Origin: Macrostomum lignano
Lineage: Eukaryota
DNA: 64,000 nt
Reading direction: 5' to 3'
NCBI GenBank assembly: GCA_002269645.1
Contig: NIVC01001000.1
Coordinates: 62,001-126,000, forward strand
The notes beneath the pieces were generated by a model, which saw only the letters and a list, made by a program, of their open reading frames with translations, was not told the origin of the DNA and ran no database searches. A program made the position numbers and the translations under genes. Within the stretch, counting starts at the first letter, position 1, and every line of letters begins with the position of its first letter. Shown here in pieces: positions 1 to 22,112 of this stretch.

Positions 1-29
1 GCAGACAGATAATCTCTCTATGAGTAATG

Positions 30-1970
30 AGACTTGGCACGGACACACACATACATGCAATCTCAATGAGACATGACACAAACTCTCTCTCTGTGAGGCA
101 TGGCACAGACAGACACAAACTCTCTCTACGGGACATGGCACAGAAAGACACAAACTCTCTCTATGGGAAATGGTACAAAAAGACACAAACTCTCTCTATG
201 GGACATGGTACAAAAAGACACAAACTCTCTCTCTGGGACATGGTACAGAAAGACACAAACTCTCTCTATGGGACATGGTACAAAAAGACACAAACTCTCT
301 CTATGGGACATGGTACAAAAAGACACAAACTCTCTCTCTGGGACATGGTACAGAAAGACACAAACTCTCTCTCTGGGACATGGTACAGAAAGACACAAAC
401 TCTCTCTCTGGGACATGGTACAGAAAGACACAAACTCTCTCTATGGGACATGGTACAGAAAGACACAAACTCTCTCTATGGGACATGGTACAGAAAGACA
501 CAAACTCTCTCTATGGGACATGGTACAGAAAGACACAAACTCTCTCTATGGGACATGGTACAGAAAGACACAAACTCTCTCTCTGGGACATGGTACAGAA
601 AGACACAAACTCTCTCTCTGGGACATGGTACAGAAAGACACAAACTCTCTCTATGGGACATGGTACAGAAAGACACAAACTCTCTCTATGGGACATGGTA
701 CAGAAAGACACAAACTCTCTCTATGGGACATGGTACAGAAAGACACAAACTCTCTCTATGGGACATGGTATAGAAAGACACAAACTCTCTCTCTGGGACA
801 TGGTACAGAAAGACCAAACTCTCTCTATGGGACATGGCACAGACAGACACAAACTCTCTCTATGGGACATGGCACAGACAGACACAAACTCTCTCTCTGG
901 GACATGGTACAGAAAGACACAAACTCTCTCTATGGGACATGGCACAGAAAGACACAAACTCTCTCTATGGGACATGGCACAGAAAGACACAAGCTCTCTC
1001 TATGGGACATGGCACAGACAGACACAAACTCTCTCTATGGGACATGGCACAGACAGACACAAACTCTCTCTATGGGACATGGCACAGAAAGACACAAACT
1101 CTCTCTATGGGACATGGCACAGACAGACACAAACTCTCTCTATGGGACATGGCACAGACAGACACAAACTGTCTCTATGGGACATGGCACAGAAAGACAC
1201 AAACTCTCTCTATGGGACATGGCACAGACAGACACAAACTCTCTCTATGGGACATGGCACAGACAGACACAAACTCTCTCTATGGGACATGGTACAGAAA
1301 GACACAAACTCTCTCTATGAGACATGGTACAGAAAGACACAAACTCTCTGTGGGACATGGCACAGATAGACACAAACTCTCTGTGGGACATGGCACAGAT
1401 AGACACAAACTCTCTCTATGAGACATGGTACAGAAAGACACAAACTCTCTGTGGGACATGGCACAGATAGACACAAACTCTCTCTATGAGACATGGTACA
1501 GAAAGATACAAACTCTCTGTGGGACATGGCACAGATAGACACAAACTCTCTCAATGAGACATGGTACAGAAAGACACAAACTCTCTGTGGGACATGGCAC
1601 AGATAGACACATACATGTAATCTCAATGAGACATAAAACAGGCAAACACACTCTCTCGATAAGACATTGCACAAACACAAAATCTCCATGTGAGACATCA
1701 GACATGGCACAAACACAATCTCCGTGTGAGACGTCAGACATGGCACAAACACATAATCTCCCTGTGAGACATGGCACAAAAACACATAATCTCCCTGTGA
1801 GACATGGCACAAACACATAATCTCCGTGTGAAACATGGCACAAACACATAATCTCCCTGTGAGACATGGCACAAACACATAATCTCCCTGTGAGACATGG
1901 CACAAACACATAATCTCCCTGTGAGACATGGCACAAACACATAATCTCCCTGTGAGACATGCCACAAAGA
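30..1970. repeat. 35-bp minisatellite (GGACATGGTACAGAAAGACACAAACTCTCTCTATG) grading into a related 31-bp unit (GTGAGACATGGCACAAACACATAATCTCCCT) at the right end
   Basis: Units read directly. The long ORFs in all frames here are a by-product of a stop-free unit. Confidence 0.95.
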
Positions 1971-2369
1971 GCTGTGAGTCAGAAAAGCACAGAAATGAAA
2001 AGTGACTCAGCTTATTACATAACAAAGGGCTATTTTAGTTAACAATTCAGTAAGCCACGAGTCCAACACACCATTGACAAATTTTGTTTATATTTTCTTA
2101 GAAACAACAAAAAATGGACAATCGATTAGAGACTGTTACGAGTAGTAAAGCTGTTTTAGCTGGAAAATCATCGAAATACAATTATTAACCAAATAATATT
2201 GATTCAGCAGTGAACAAAACAGTAATTTAATTAATTTAATTAAAGTATTGTACAGTAATTTAACAGTGCAATACGTAGCATGATTTTAATTTTCATATGA
2301 TTTTAATCTACAATGTCATATTGTCTGCGATTTTGACGTAATATGCAGACTCCGCACTTGCGCAGATGC

Positions 2370-2812
2370 CATTGGCTCATAGGGGAATTTCTCAGATGCT
2401 ATAGGCTCATGGGGGAATTTCTCAGACGCTATAGGCTCATGGGGGAATTTCTCAGATGCTATAGGCTCATGGGGGAATTTCTCAGATGCTATAGGCTCAT
2501 GGGGAATTGCTCAGATGCTATAGGCTCATGGGGGAATTTCTCAGATGCTATAGGCTCATGGGGGAATTTCTCAGATGCTATAGGCTCATGGGGGAATTTC
2601 TCAGATGCTATAGGCTCATGGGGGAATTGCTCAGATGCTATAGGCTCATGGGGAATTTCTCAGATGCTATAGGCTCATGGGGGAATTTCTCAGATGCTAT
2701 AGGCTCATGGGGGAATTTCTCAGATGCTATAGGCTCATGGGGGAATTTCTCAGATGCTATAGGCTCATGGGGGAATTTCTCAGATGCTATAGGCTCATGG
2801 GGGATTTCTCAG
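2370..2812. repeat. 30-bp minisatellite GGGGGAATTTCTCAGATGCTATAGGCTCAT
   Basis: Period 30; consecutive 60-nt lines are nearly identical. Confidence 0.95.
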
Positions 2813-2904
2813 AACATAATAGCTCGGGGGATTTACAACGTCAATGCTAACAGATGAGTACGTAAGCAAGTGAGAATTTCAACAGAGCATAAGTTGATTG
2901 GACA

Positions 2905-3225
2905 GTGTAAAATAAGTAGATATAAAGTGAGAGAAGTAGATAGACAATGAGAGTAGATAGACAGTGAGGGAATTAGAGAGACGGTGAGAGTAGATATACA
3001 ATTAGAGAGAAGTAAGTAGATGGACAATGAGAGAAGTAGATGGACATTGAGAGAGGAGTAGATAAACAGTGACAGAGAAGTAGATAGACAGTGACAGAGA
3101 AGTAGATAGACAGTGACAGAGAAGCAGATAGACAGTGACAGAGAAGTAGATAGACAGTGACAGAGAAGTAGATAGACAGTGACAGAGAAGCAGATAGACA
3201 GTGACAGAGAAGTAGATAGACAATG
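2905..3225. repeat. 22-bp minisatellite GACAGTGACAGAGAAGTAGATA
   Basis: Tandem units seen at 3065-3220, with degenerate copies to the left. Confidence 0.85.
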
Positions 3226-3529
3226 GCGTTATAAATAAATCCATGCTGACAGACAAATAAGACAAATTTTTATGCTAAAGCAGCTTAAAGCAAAATAACC
3301 AGCATAACTATCAACGTTAATAAAGGACCACAGATCACAATATTTAGACTTGTGTCACCAATGATTATATATGATAATATTGTAATATAAAATACTAATA
3401 CCAATTAATACATACACATGACTAAACACGATTAATAAAACTGCCGGCCGACCAGTCTATTGGGAACAACAATACGATCCATAATATTTAGGAGCGTGAA
3501 TAGCAAAAGAAATACAGAGCAAAACTCCG

Positions 3530-4255
3530 AGGGTTTCTAAGGGGAATTTAAAGGGGAATGAAAAGGGGAATAAGAATAGAAACACAGAGGAATATCACGG
3601 GGATGCTAATGAGAATTTTAAGAACAATTAGAAGAATTCCAAGACATTGTAGGGAGAATCCAAGGGGAAATCTCAAAGGGAAGTCGAGGGAAATTCCAAG
3701 GGGAATCTTAATGGGAATTCCAAAGAGAATCCTAAAGGAAATCCCAAGGTGAATTCCTAGGGGAATCCTTATGGAAATTCCAAGAGAAAATCCAAGGCAA
3801 ATTCCAAGGAGAATCCTAAGGGAAATTCAATGGAGATCCCATGGGAATTTCAAAGAGAATCCCTAAAATGAATCCCAGGGGGAATTCCAAGGGGGAATGA
3901 ATCCAAAGGGAAGTCCCAAGGGAAATTCAAAAAGGAATTCCAAGGGCTCCCAAAGGGAATCCCAAGCGGAATTCCGAGGGAACTTCTAAGGAGGGGGGTC
4001 CCGATGGGTATTCCAAAGAGAATCCTAAAGGTAATTAATCCCAAGGGAAATTGCTAGGGGAATCTAATCCTAAGGTGAATTCCAGGGGGAATCCCAAGGT
4101 GAATCCCAAGGTGAATCCCAAGGTGAATCCCAAGGTGAATCCCAAGGTGAATCCCAAGGGAATCCCAAGGGAATCCCAAGGGAATTCCAATAGGAATCGC
4201 AAGGGAAATCCCAAGAAACCCAAATTGGAATTACACAGGGAATCCCAAAGGAAAT
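3530..4255. repeat. Degenerate GGGAATTCC/GAATCCCAAG low-complexity repeat, including a clean 12-bp GTGAATCCCAAG run at about 4088-4180
   Basis: Read directly. Confidence 0.8.
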
Positions 4256-4314
4256 TTCAACAAGAACATGAGTCAATAGGCAAGCCCCAGAGCTCACAAG
4301 TTCCAACTGTCAGC

Positions 4315-13382
<9,068 letters not shown>

Positions 13383-14569
13383 GATTAAATTAACAATTAA
13401 AGTTTAGATTACTTTTATCGATACCCTTGGCTATAGTCTTGAACAATAAAGGCTCAAAATACACTTGTGAATTAGAAAACACCAAAATATGCGTAAATAC
13501 ACTGGATTTTTGTAAAGTCAAACTTAAAGCTATGCCTCGAGTGAGCTGATTATCTTGACGATAAAATAGCGTGCTCGATATGGAAGTTAAAATCGAATCG
13601 AATCTTTAGCGTGTCAGGAGTCTTTAACAGCACGAAACTGGATGAAAAAGGACTGAAATTCGACATTTATTCAGTAATTTTGTCACGCGGCAATATAATT
13701 CAAATGCAATTTAATGCTTTGGCAGAAGTTCATTTGAAATATTTGTTAAGTTTTATTTCGTGAAACCGTTCAGAACAGTCTTGAAACTAGCGTTAGCTAG
13801 GACAATTGTTGCTGCAATTACATTTGTGATTGTAAATTTTGGAAAAACTTCTACATGACTAAGTTATACGCTCTTAAAACAAGGGACACTAGAAGTTACA
13901 GTCGTACAACAACGTAGAAGATACAAAGGTAAATTTAGTCGAAAAAGTCCACAATAACTGTATAGTTACAAATTATACTATTAATACCAGTTCCCTACAC
14001 TAGTACTTTAGTTATCTAGTACTTGATGATTTTAGTCGTACATGATAACCATTCCTTTAATCAGGGCGTCGCCATGGATTTTATGGTGGGGGGGGTGTTA
14101 TGGTTTAGGATCTCCGGGGGTCCGGTCAGTTTAGGGTGTCCGGGGCGGAGACCCTAAACGGTTTAGGATCTCCGCCCGGAGACCCTAAACCGTTTAGGAT
14201 CTCCCCTGGAGACTTCTAACGGTTATGGGTCTCCGGGGTAGGAGATCTGAAACCGTTTAAGGGTCTCCGGGGCATTTTCAGGTCTCCGCACCCGGAGATC
14301 TTAAACCAGTTTCTGATCTCCGTCAGGGCCGCAAAAACAAAGTCCTGGTTTAGGATCTCCGGTTTCCGATCTCCCCCCCCATTTGTGTAAAACCAATGGT
14401 CATGGTATTGAACGCGTACATGTATAAGAAGTGGAAAGGCATTTTTATCATCAACGTAGCACTAGTTTTATATGTATATGCTCGCACAACTGTGTATTTA
14501 AATGGAAAACTGTTTACTGTTAAAGAAATGAAGTAAATGTCCGCTTAGTGAAAAACCGGTGATGCACTT

Positions 14570-15179
14570 TCAGCCCGGTGCTTGGAGGAAGCATCTCTTG
14601 AGGTGTTTTCCATTGACACACCTGGTTAGTCCTCCTAGCCTGTACACGTTTTGACCAAGACACCTGGTCACGATGTAGACTTGCTGACTCCAAGTGTATC
14701 GCATCTTACCACCCTTCCGATCGTCCCTGCGAAGATTGCGAAGCCTAACTCTGTTCCCTCGCTTCAGATCCTGAACCCCAGCTGCTCCCACGGTGTGACC
14801 AGCTCGCACCTGTCACAAGACTCGACCACTGCCTTGGCAATCGTGTGACGGGGATGTCAGCATAGTATCGTGCAGTAAAAAGGCTCACTGTGCTGTTGAC
14901 ACCCACGTGACTTCCTTGCGAGTGAAGGCTGCGGATCTTATCCCGTACCTCTTCCTCTGTGAAAAGTACTCTGCGATGGTCTTCAGGCCGCATTCGCTGA
15001 CTGTCGTCCTTATTAGTCACCCTGTAGTAAAGCGCTCCGTCATGGATGGAGAAACGCTTGCTCTTTTCTCTAATACGTCTTTTTAAGTTGGCCTTATCTT
15101 TGGCGTCCAATCTGGCTGGTACCTGCGTGTATTCATTGTTTAGGACGTAGAAAAATATTTGATTGAGCGAAGCCATCAA
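14570..15179 (-). pseudogene. Internally deleted Gypsy/Ginger-like integrase remnant (HHCC zinc-binding region joined to the C-terminal GPY/F-like region, no DDE core)
   Basis: LHSQGSHVGVNST..ARYY is followed, after a frameshift, by AKAVVESCDRC. A third frame reads GNRVRLRNLRRDDRKGGKMRYTWSQQVYIVTRCLGQNVYRL..VNGKHLK. Confidence 0.65.
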
Positions 15180-15619
15180 GCTTTGAAATGCAGAAATCGA
15201 CGAAAATCACACAGCACAAACCTTTCTTATCATCTGCCCAATATAAATGTTTACAGCGCTTCCCGCCACCCATAAAATATGAGTACAAAGCTGATCTCCA
15301 AAATGTGCAAAGCCTATTGAAAGTTACGCAAGACTGCTCACACTTTGGGGTGCCAATCTCGATGTACATAGAAGTAGCGATAATTTTCATATAGAAAAGA
15401 ACCGCGGAGATCCTAACACGGCGGAGACTGTAACTCTATCTTATGTTATGGTTTCCGATCTCCGTGTGGGCGATCTTAAAATGACACAATTTTCAGTTTG
15501 TGATCTCCGGGCCGGAGACCCTAAAACGCGGAGATCCTAAACTCTAACAGGGGGCAAAGCCAAGAATTCAACATGTACATGACTAAATTTGTAAAATTCC
15601 ATTATCTTCAGAATCGTGT

Positions 15620-15830
15620 TGTCAGCGCTCATTTTGGCGCCGCAGGCATACATTTTAGCTCTGCAGGCACTTATTTTAGCGCCACAGGAACTCATTTTGG
15701 CGCCGCAGGCATTCATTTTAGCGCCACATGCACTCATTTTGGCGCCGCAGGCATTTATATTTTAGCGCCGCAGGAACTCATTTTGGCGCCGCAGGCATTT
15801 ATTTTAGCGCCGGAGGTGTTTTATTTTGGC
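15620..15830. repeat. About 40-bp tandem repeat with GGCGCC cores (CATTTTGGCGCCGCAGGCATT...) inside the hAT-type element
   Basis: Read directly. Confidence 0.8.
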
Positions 15831-16710
15831 GTCCTCAAGAAAAGTTATTGATTAACACAATGAGTCACAAGGTAGGGTGGGGGGACAAGCATTGGCTTGT
15901 CCCCCCATAGCTTTTACTGCATGGGGGGACATGTCCCCCCTGTCCCCCCCCGGTGGGACGCGCGCCTGCCTTTAATCCAATGTACTGTAATCCAATGAGT
16001 TGTTTGCAGGTATCTAATATAATTACATGATAGAATTCCAAAATTTTTGAATACTTAACTTTTCATAGCTTGCCACTTTTTAAGACCCCAATTTATGTAT
16101 GATGGCCCTCTACAATGTCGACATAAATTTTTAGAAAGCGTGGTAAGCTGCTCGATTCATGTATGGAATACAGTACATTTGAGGGACATAAAAGAGCGCT
16201 CGTTGGAGATTATAAAATTATAGGATAAGATCGAATTTACGGAAAAGGTATTACATGCATGTACATTTTAAAATTAGAGCTTAAAATTGACCGTGGTTGT
16301 TTAGTTAGCGATGCTCCAACCAGATATTTAATTAAAATATATATTAGCTGGTATCTAATGCACCACAAAAATTGCATTAGCTAGTTGAAATTCTAGTTTA
16401 CGGTGCATGGTGAGTTAGACTTCTTATTGTAAAACGAGCGAGGTTTGAGATTGCGAGAAAACCGACTTGGCGCTCAGGCCTGACAATCGATATATTTTAT
16501 AAGCCGAAGATTGAGGTGGGGTTTGGGTGTTGCACACACACGGGCGCAGCCGCACGTTGCAAACAACCACCCCCCATACGCAAGCACGTACAAATAGGAC
16601 TACGAACAACATTAGAATATTTAGGTGCATAGAATGCTCACACCACTTCCCCCCGGGTTTAAAAGACGCAACACAATGTCTATGGCAAAAGTTCACAGAA
16701 AATCAAGCAT

Positions 16711-19700
16711 TCACATTGGGCGATAAAAATCAGGACGTCTTCGCTCTCTGGCCGACCGTCTCGGCAGCTGAGCCTCTTGCTGATTGGTCTCAGTCGCTGT
16801 CTCATCCGGTCCGCCGTTACCGTCGAACAGCTGCACCCAGGCATCAGGCGCCTGGAGCTGAGGGTCCACCAGTCCGTCAGCAGCCTCGTTTGCGGTAGCC
16901 TGCAGGTCGTCGCCGGGCCGTAAGGAGTTGCGCCGTTCCACAAATGGTTTGAGCCGGTCGTGGTGCACCACCTGCCTGCGTCGCATCCGCACGCCGGGAC
17001 CCGAGGCCGGCCGCACTCGGTAGTTGACCTCGCCGATCCTCTTCAGGATGATGTACGGATGATGTTACTGAGGCTTTTTGATCTGCCAGGTTTCACCACC
17101 TTGCAGCTCAGCATCACCAAGTCGCCCTCTTTGTACGGCCGGAACCGAGTCTCCATGTTGTACCGCTCGTTGCGCTCGGTCTGCGACGCCTGCAGCTGCT
17201 GATGGAAACGCGCCCGGTTGTCCAGCAGGCGCCTCTGAGTTGCCTCTGCAAAGTCCAGCGCATCAGTGAAGCCATCCGATGCTTTGGGCAGCTTGGAGTC
17301 GATTGGCAGCCTTGGTGGCCATCCGTGCAGCGTCTGGTACGGCGACAGGCCCGTGGTCGAGTGCACCGAGCTGTTGAAGGCCCACGTGACGAAGGCAAGT
17401 TGGAGGTCCCAGTCGTCCTGATCCTCTGCCACAACCGTCGCTAGCATGTCACCAAGGGTTCGGTTTCCGCGCTCAACCAGGCCGTTGCCGCTGGGATGGA
17501 AAGGCGAAGTGCGGCTTTTCTGCATGCCGAGCCGCTGGCACAGGGACTGGAACAGATGGCTTTCGAATTGACGCCCTTGGTCGCTGTGGATAGCGTCTGG
17601 GACGCCGTGCCGAAGCGCTACCTGCCTGACCAGAGCGTCGGCCACCCGCTCAGCCTCGATGCTTGGTAGAGCGCAGGTCTCCATCCACTTTGAGAAGCAG
17701 TCACAGATGCTCAGCACGTAACTGTTGCCTCGTGGTGTCCTTAGCAGCGGACCCTTGATATCGATCTGGACCATCTCCCATGGCCTCGACGGCAGTGGAG
17801 TCGCTTGCAGTGGTGCTCGCTGCGGCCGACTGCTGTTCTTCCGCCGAAGACAAGCGGCGCAGCTGGCGACCCAGTTCTTGACGTCGTTGTGCATGCCCGG
17901 CCACCAGCAGCGGTCGGCGAGCTTGTCCAGCGTTCGGTCTGTGCCGAGGTGACCGCTGCAGGCGGCGTCGTGCGCGTCAGCCAGGAACTGCGCACGCAGG
18001 TGACTGGGCACCACCGGTTTGCCCTGCCGGACCAGCTCACCGTGTTGCCCGATCTGGATGTCGCCATTTGCTAGGAATTCTTCGACTCGCTGCCGACAGC
18101 CTTTGGACAGGTGGACGAAGCCGTCACTGATCGCCTTGAAGACATTCTGCAGAAGGCTGTCTCGGAGCTGCTCTGCCAGCAAGTCATCGCGATTTGCCAG
18201 TTGAGTAACAGCCGTCCGACTGAGCACGTCTGGCACCACGTTCTCCCGCCCTGGCCGATAGCAGAGCGCGAAATTGAACTGCTGGATGGTGTCGAGCCAA
18301 CGTGCCAGCCGACCCTCTGGCTCCTTGGTCTGCAGCAGGCCCTTGAGCGGCTGGTGATCGGTAAACACAGTGAAGTCTTTCACGCTGCACAGGTAGGCTC
18401 TGAAGTGCTTGAGACTCCAAACCAAGGCCAGCAGTTCCCTGTCAGTGGCCGAGTAATTTCGTTCCGCCTTGTTGAGGGTCCTGGAGGCAAATGCCACTGG
18501 AAGCTCCGCGTCTCCGTAACGCTGGCAGAGAACCGCGCCCACTGCGAAGGCGCTGGCGTCGCAGCTCATGATAAATGGTCGGCGGAAGTCCGGCAGGCGA
18601 AGCACAGGTGCTCGCCCAAGTTGCTCCTTGAGCGTCTGGAAGGCCGTCTTGCACTCGTCTGTCCAGGTGAAGCCCGTCTTCTGTGTTGCGGCATGCAGTG
18701 GTGCCGCTGTCTTGCTGAAGTCCCTGATGAATCTGCGATAGAAGCACAACATGCCGATGAATCGTCGCACCTCCTCGGCAGAACTTGGTGACTGAATCTT
18801 GGCCAGGGCCTCCACTTTGTCCGGATCCGGCCGAATTCCTTCCCGGCTGACGATGTGGCCCAGGTACTTCATGCTCCTGTGAGCGAACACCGACTTGTCC
18901 TTGTTGAGCTTCAGTCCCGCAGCTCGCAGCCGGTCGAAAACTTTGCGCAGGCTGGCCAGATGCTCTTCGAAGCTCCGACTGAACACGATCAAGTCGTCCA
19001 CGTAGACTAGCACCTCTTCCCAGGTCAGGCCGGACATAACGAGCTCCATTAGCCTCTGGAAGGTCGCAGGAGAGTTGCACATACCGAAGCCCATCTTCTT
19101 GAACTGCATAAGGCCTCGTGTGAAATAGAAAGCAGTCTTGTAGCGGTCTGCCTCGTCGACCACGACCTGGTTGAACCCCTGCTTGCAGTCGATAGTGGTA
19201 AACCAAGAGCAGCCCGCCAGAGTATCCATCGATTGTTGCAGGTGCGGCAGGGGGTAGGCGTCCTTGATGGTCACAGCGTTCAACTGACGCCAGTCGGTGC
19301 ATAGGCGGATGTCGCCGCTCTTTTTCCGGACGACGATAAGATTGCTGGCCCAGGGCGAGTTGGACGGCTCAATGATGTCGTGCTCCAGCATCTGGCCAAT
19401 TTTCTGGTCGACCTGGTCACGAACCGGCAGCGGAATCGGTCGCTGGCGCTGCTTATAGGGCTGCGTGCCGGGCTGCAGCTCGATACGATGTTTCAGCAGC
19501 GCGGTGGAGCCGAGGTCGTACTCGTGAGTGCTGAACAGGTCACCGTTCGCCTTGAGTAGTGCCAGTAGTCTCTGCCTGTCAGCCGCATCCAAGTCAGGGT
19601 TGACATCCCAGCAGTCCGACTGCTTGACTGTGCCAGCGCTGTTGTTGATCAGGTCGGCAGCTTCAAAAGAGCCGACGACCTTGTTGGCGTAGAGTAGCAC

Positions 19701-20465
19701 CTCCTCGGAGCCTAAATTGCACACCCGGACTGGAATCTTCTGATCAGCTGAAACGGTCAAAACTCTTGAGACAAGCAAACCAGTCGCTTGGGTAAAGTTG
19801 GCGTTGGGCTCGAAGATGCCTTGCTCGTCTTCCGACTTGACGCGGAGCCACACCAGCTTTTCGCTTCGTGCTGGAACACTTGTTTTGCTTTCCACTCGAG
19901 CAACGAGGGTGCCGGTCACAATTCGGACGCTTGAGCTGCTGTTGAAGAACGGGGCTTTCTCTCCGTTGAGGCATACGGTCCTACCAACGATGTCGATCTG
20001 AAGCTCTCGGGTGGTTCGGGTGATGAAGTCCATGCCGAGGATGAGATCCAGACTGATTTTCTCCACCACGTTGAGCTCATGGACAACATTGACTGACTGG
20101 CCGACTTGAATTGTGGCTCGGGCAATCCCGATGCAACTCAGGCGGCCACCATCGACCGAAGTCGGGCAGCAGCTTCCACCGGGCTCGATCTGAAGGCCGC
20201 AGACTTGCGCGAGGCTGCGGCTGATCAAGGATGTCTGTGCGCCAGTGTCGAGCAGGAAACTGACCTCCTTGCCTTGCAGAAGCGCACGCACGAAGATTGA
20301 GAGTGCAGATTGGGCACTTGATTGACGGGTTGGAGCTGGCCCTTCGCTGCCGACCCTCAGAAGTTTCCCGACGGCCGAGCCTTTGACGGACAGACAGCCG
20401 CGCCGTGGCCCCAGCCGGAGCAGTTGAAGCAGCGACCTTGGCCCTGAGATCCGCCAGCAGGGCAC
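16711..20465 (-). CDS. pol: Gypsy pol (protease-RT-RNase H-integrase), frameshifted near the integrase C-terminus at about 17050
   Basis: Motifs LLDTGA, YVDD, CDAS and HHCC/DDE integrase are present in Gypsy order. The C-terminal tail (PYIILKRIGEVNY..VVHHDRLKPF) continues in another frame to 16711. Confidence 0.93.
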
Positions 20466-21203
20466 CGGCGGGCGATGTGGCCTTCCTTACCGCACCGAAA
20501 GCAGCCTGATGACCGCTGCTGCTGATCTCTCGGCCTGCCGCCACCGCGTCCTCTCGCGCTGCCGCCCCTCGTCACCGCAGCCGTCAGGGTCTCCAGCTGC
20601 TGCTCCAGCCGTGCCAGTCGATCGTCAACCATCGCCACTGCGGGCGAGTTGCCTGGTTTGCATTTGCTCGCGATTTGCTCCAGCCTCGTGGCCCACTCGA
20701 CCAGCTCCTCCAGCGTGCAGGAGTCCAGGTCCCTGTCCTTGAGCAGGGTGTCGCGTATGTCCGCAGTCATCAGCTGAATTATTCGAAATTTCACCTCACG
20801 ATCTCGCAGCGCCGAGGAGTCATCAGGCCGTGCTGTCATGTACAGCAGCCTCAAGGAGTACGAAAGCTCTCGCAGAGTCTCTGCGCTGTTTCTCCGTCGA
20901 TCTTGGAACTCTTCCATGGCGCGATGCTGGCTGGCTGCTCCGCCGAACTGCTTTTGTAGCACCTCTTTTATCTTTTTGTAGCTTTTCCTATCAGCCTCCG
21001 GCAGATCCCAAAACGCATATCTGGGCTTCACCATGCAGCAGGAGCTTCAGCTTCGAAGCAGATTGTGCGTCGTCCCAGCCTTTGTCCTCTACAAAGTCTT
21101 CGAAGACACTGAGCCATTTGTGCACGTTTGACTGGCCGGAGAATTTCGGCGGTAGCAAAGCAGCATTATTTTCACTTGTGTGAGTTGAGCCCATCGCTGC
21201 CAC
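20357..21203 (-). CDS. gag: Gypsy gag with two CCHC knuckles, interrupted by a +1 frameshift at about 21027
   Basis: ORF 20991-21203 (PPKFSG..KWL..FE) continues into ORF 20357-21034 (CFRCGKEGHIARRC, CFNCSGWGHGAAVC). An extra C in GAAGCCCAGA explains the shift. Confidence 0.85.
20363..20369 (-). promoter_or_regulatory. -1 ribosomal frameshift slippery heptamer G GGA AAC at the gag-pol junction
   Basis: Canonical X XXY YYZ, in the gag frame just before the gag stop; pol is in the -1 frame. Confidence 0.8.
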
Positions 21204-22112
21204 CAGTGTAAAACGAGCGAGGTTTGAGATTGCGAGAAAACCGACTTGGCGCTCAGGCCTGACAATCGATATATTTTATAAGCCGAAGATTGAGATGGGG
21301 TTTGGGTGTTGCACACACACGGGGCAGCCGCACGTTGCAAACAACCACCCCCATACGCAAGCACGTACAAATAGGACTACAAACAACATTAGAATATTTA
21401 GGTGCATAGAATGCTCACATTATAAAAACAAATTTAAGCCCTAGATGAAAGAGGCTTATCAGTATTTAAAGCATATACATGTAGAAACTGCCTACAGTCA
21501 TAATACAGCTTATATATGCAGTCCGACTCTGTCCCGAGGTGGCATACGGTGTGTAGCAGCGGGCAGCTAATAGCTAAAAAAGACAGCGAGATGCGCATGT
21601 CAGCGGGGAGAATTTGTATTGAAAAATAGAAATCAGCTAATCCGTAGTTTAGGCTAAATCCGCCGCCATCAAACCCCCTGGGATCTGCGCGGCTCTTACC
21701 AAACCAGCTCTATCGAAATCGTGTTTCAACTTGAAAGGGGATCTGAACTACTATACATGTAGTGCGTTTGCTCGCAACAGTCAACCTCGAAGTCATAGCC
21801 GATAAAGAGGACCCAACTGCTGGGACTGGATCGCATTACCTAAATAATGCAAGGACATGGAGAAGATCGCCTTTGCGGGAGGTTCTTTCGAACTGCCGAA
21901 TCTATCCCTGTCAAAAGTACATTAGCCAATCATGATTCAGAAACTATCTCTTTCACTTCTAAATTCTGAATGTTTGAGTAAAAAAGTAAAAGTAAAAATC
22001 AATGCACTAAAATGTTTGAATGCGTTGAAATATTTCTCTCAAGTTAATTAGAATGTGCTGTGCTGAGTTTTTTATATAGTAATTCAATCGTTCTTAGAAG
22101 CATAATCGCTTT

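Larger units (their letters stand above)
14062..15968. mobile_element. Non-autonomous hAT-type DNA element (1907 bp) with 8-bp TSD CCTTTAAT
   Basis: CCTTTAAT occurs at 14054-14061 and 15969-15976. Ends are imperfect inverted CAGG(G)CG sequences followed by G-runs. Palindromic subterminal repeats (GGAGACCCTAAACGGTTTAGGATCTCC-like) lie at about 14100-14370 and 15400-15545. An 8-bp TSD with CAG termini is typical of hAT. Confidence 0.8.
16428..21419 (-). mobile_element. Full-length Ty3/Gypsy LTR retrotransposon with LTRs at 21207-21419 (5') and 16428-16642 (3') and TSD TTAT
   Basis: TGT...ACA LTRs differ at 4 positions. TTAT occurs at 16424-16427 and 21420-21423. The PBS TGGTGGCAGCGATGGG (tRNA-Leu-like) follows the 5' LTR, and the polypurine tract GGGGGGAAGTGG precedes the 3' LTR. 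Confidence 0.97.

Noticed and set aside
27-2025. Long ORFs (up to 406 aa) in the 35-bp repeat
   Set aside because: A stop-free tandem unit keeps all three frames open; there is no unique coding context or splice signal.
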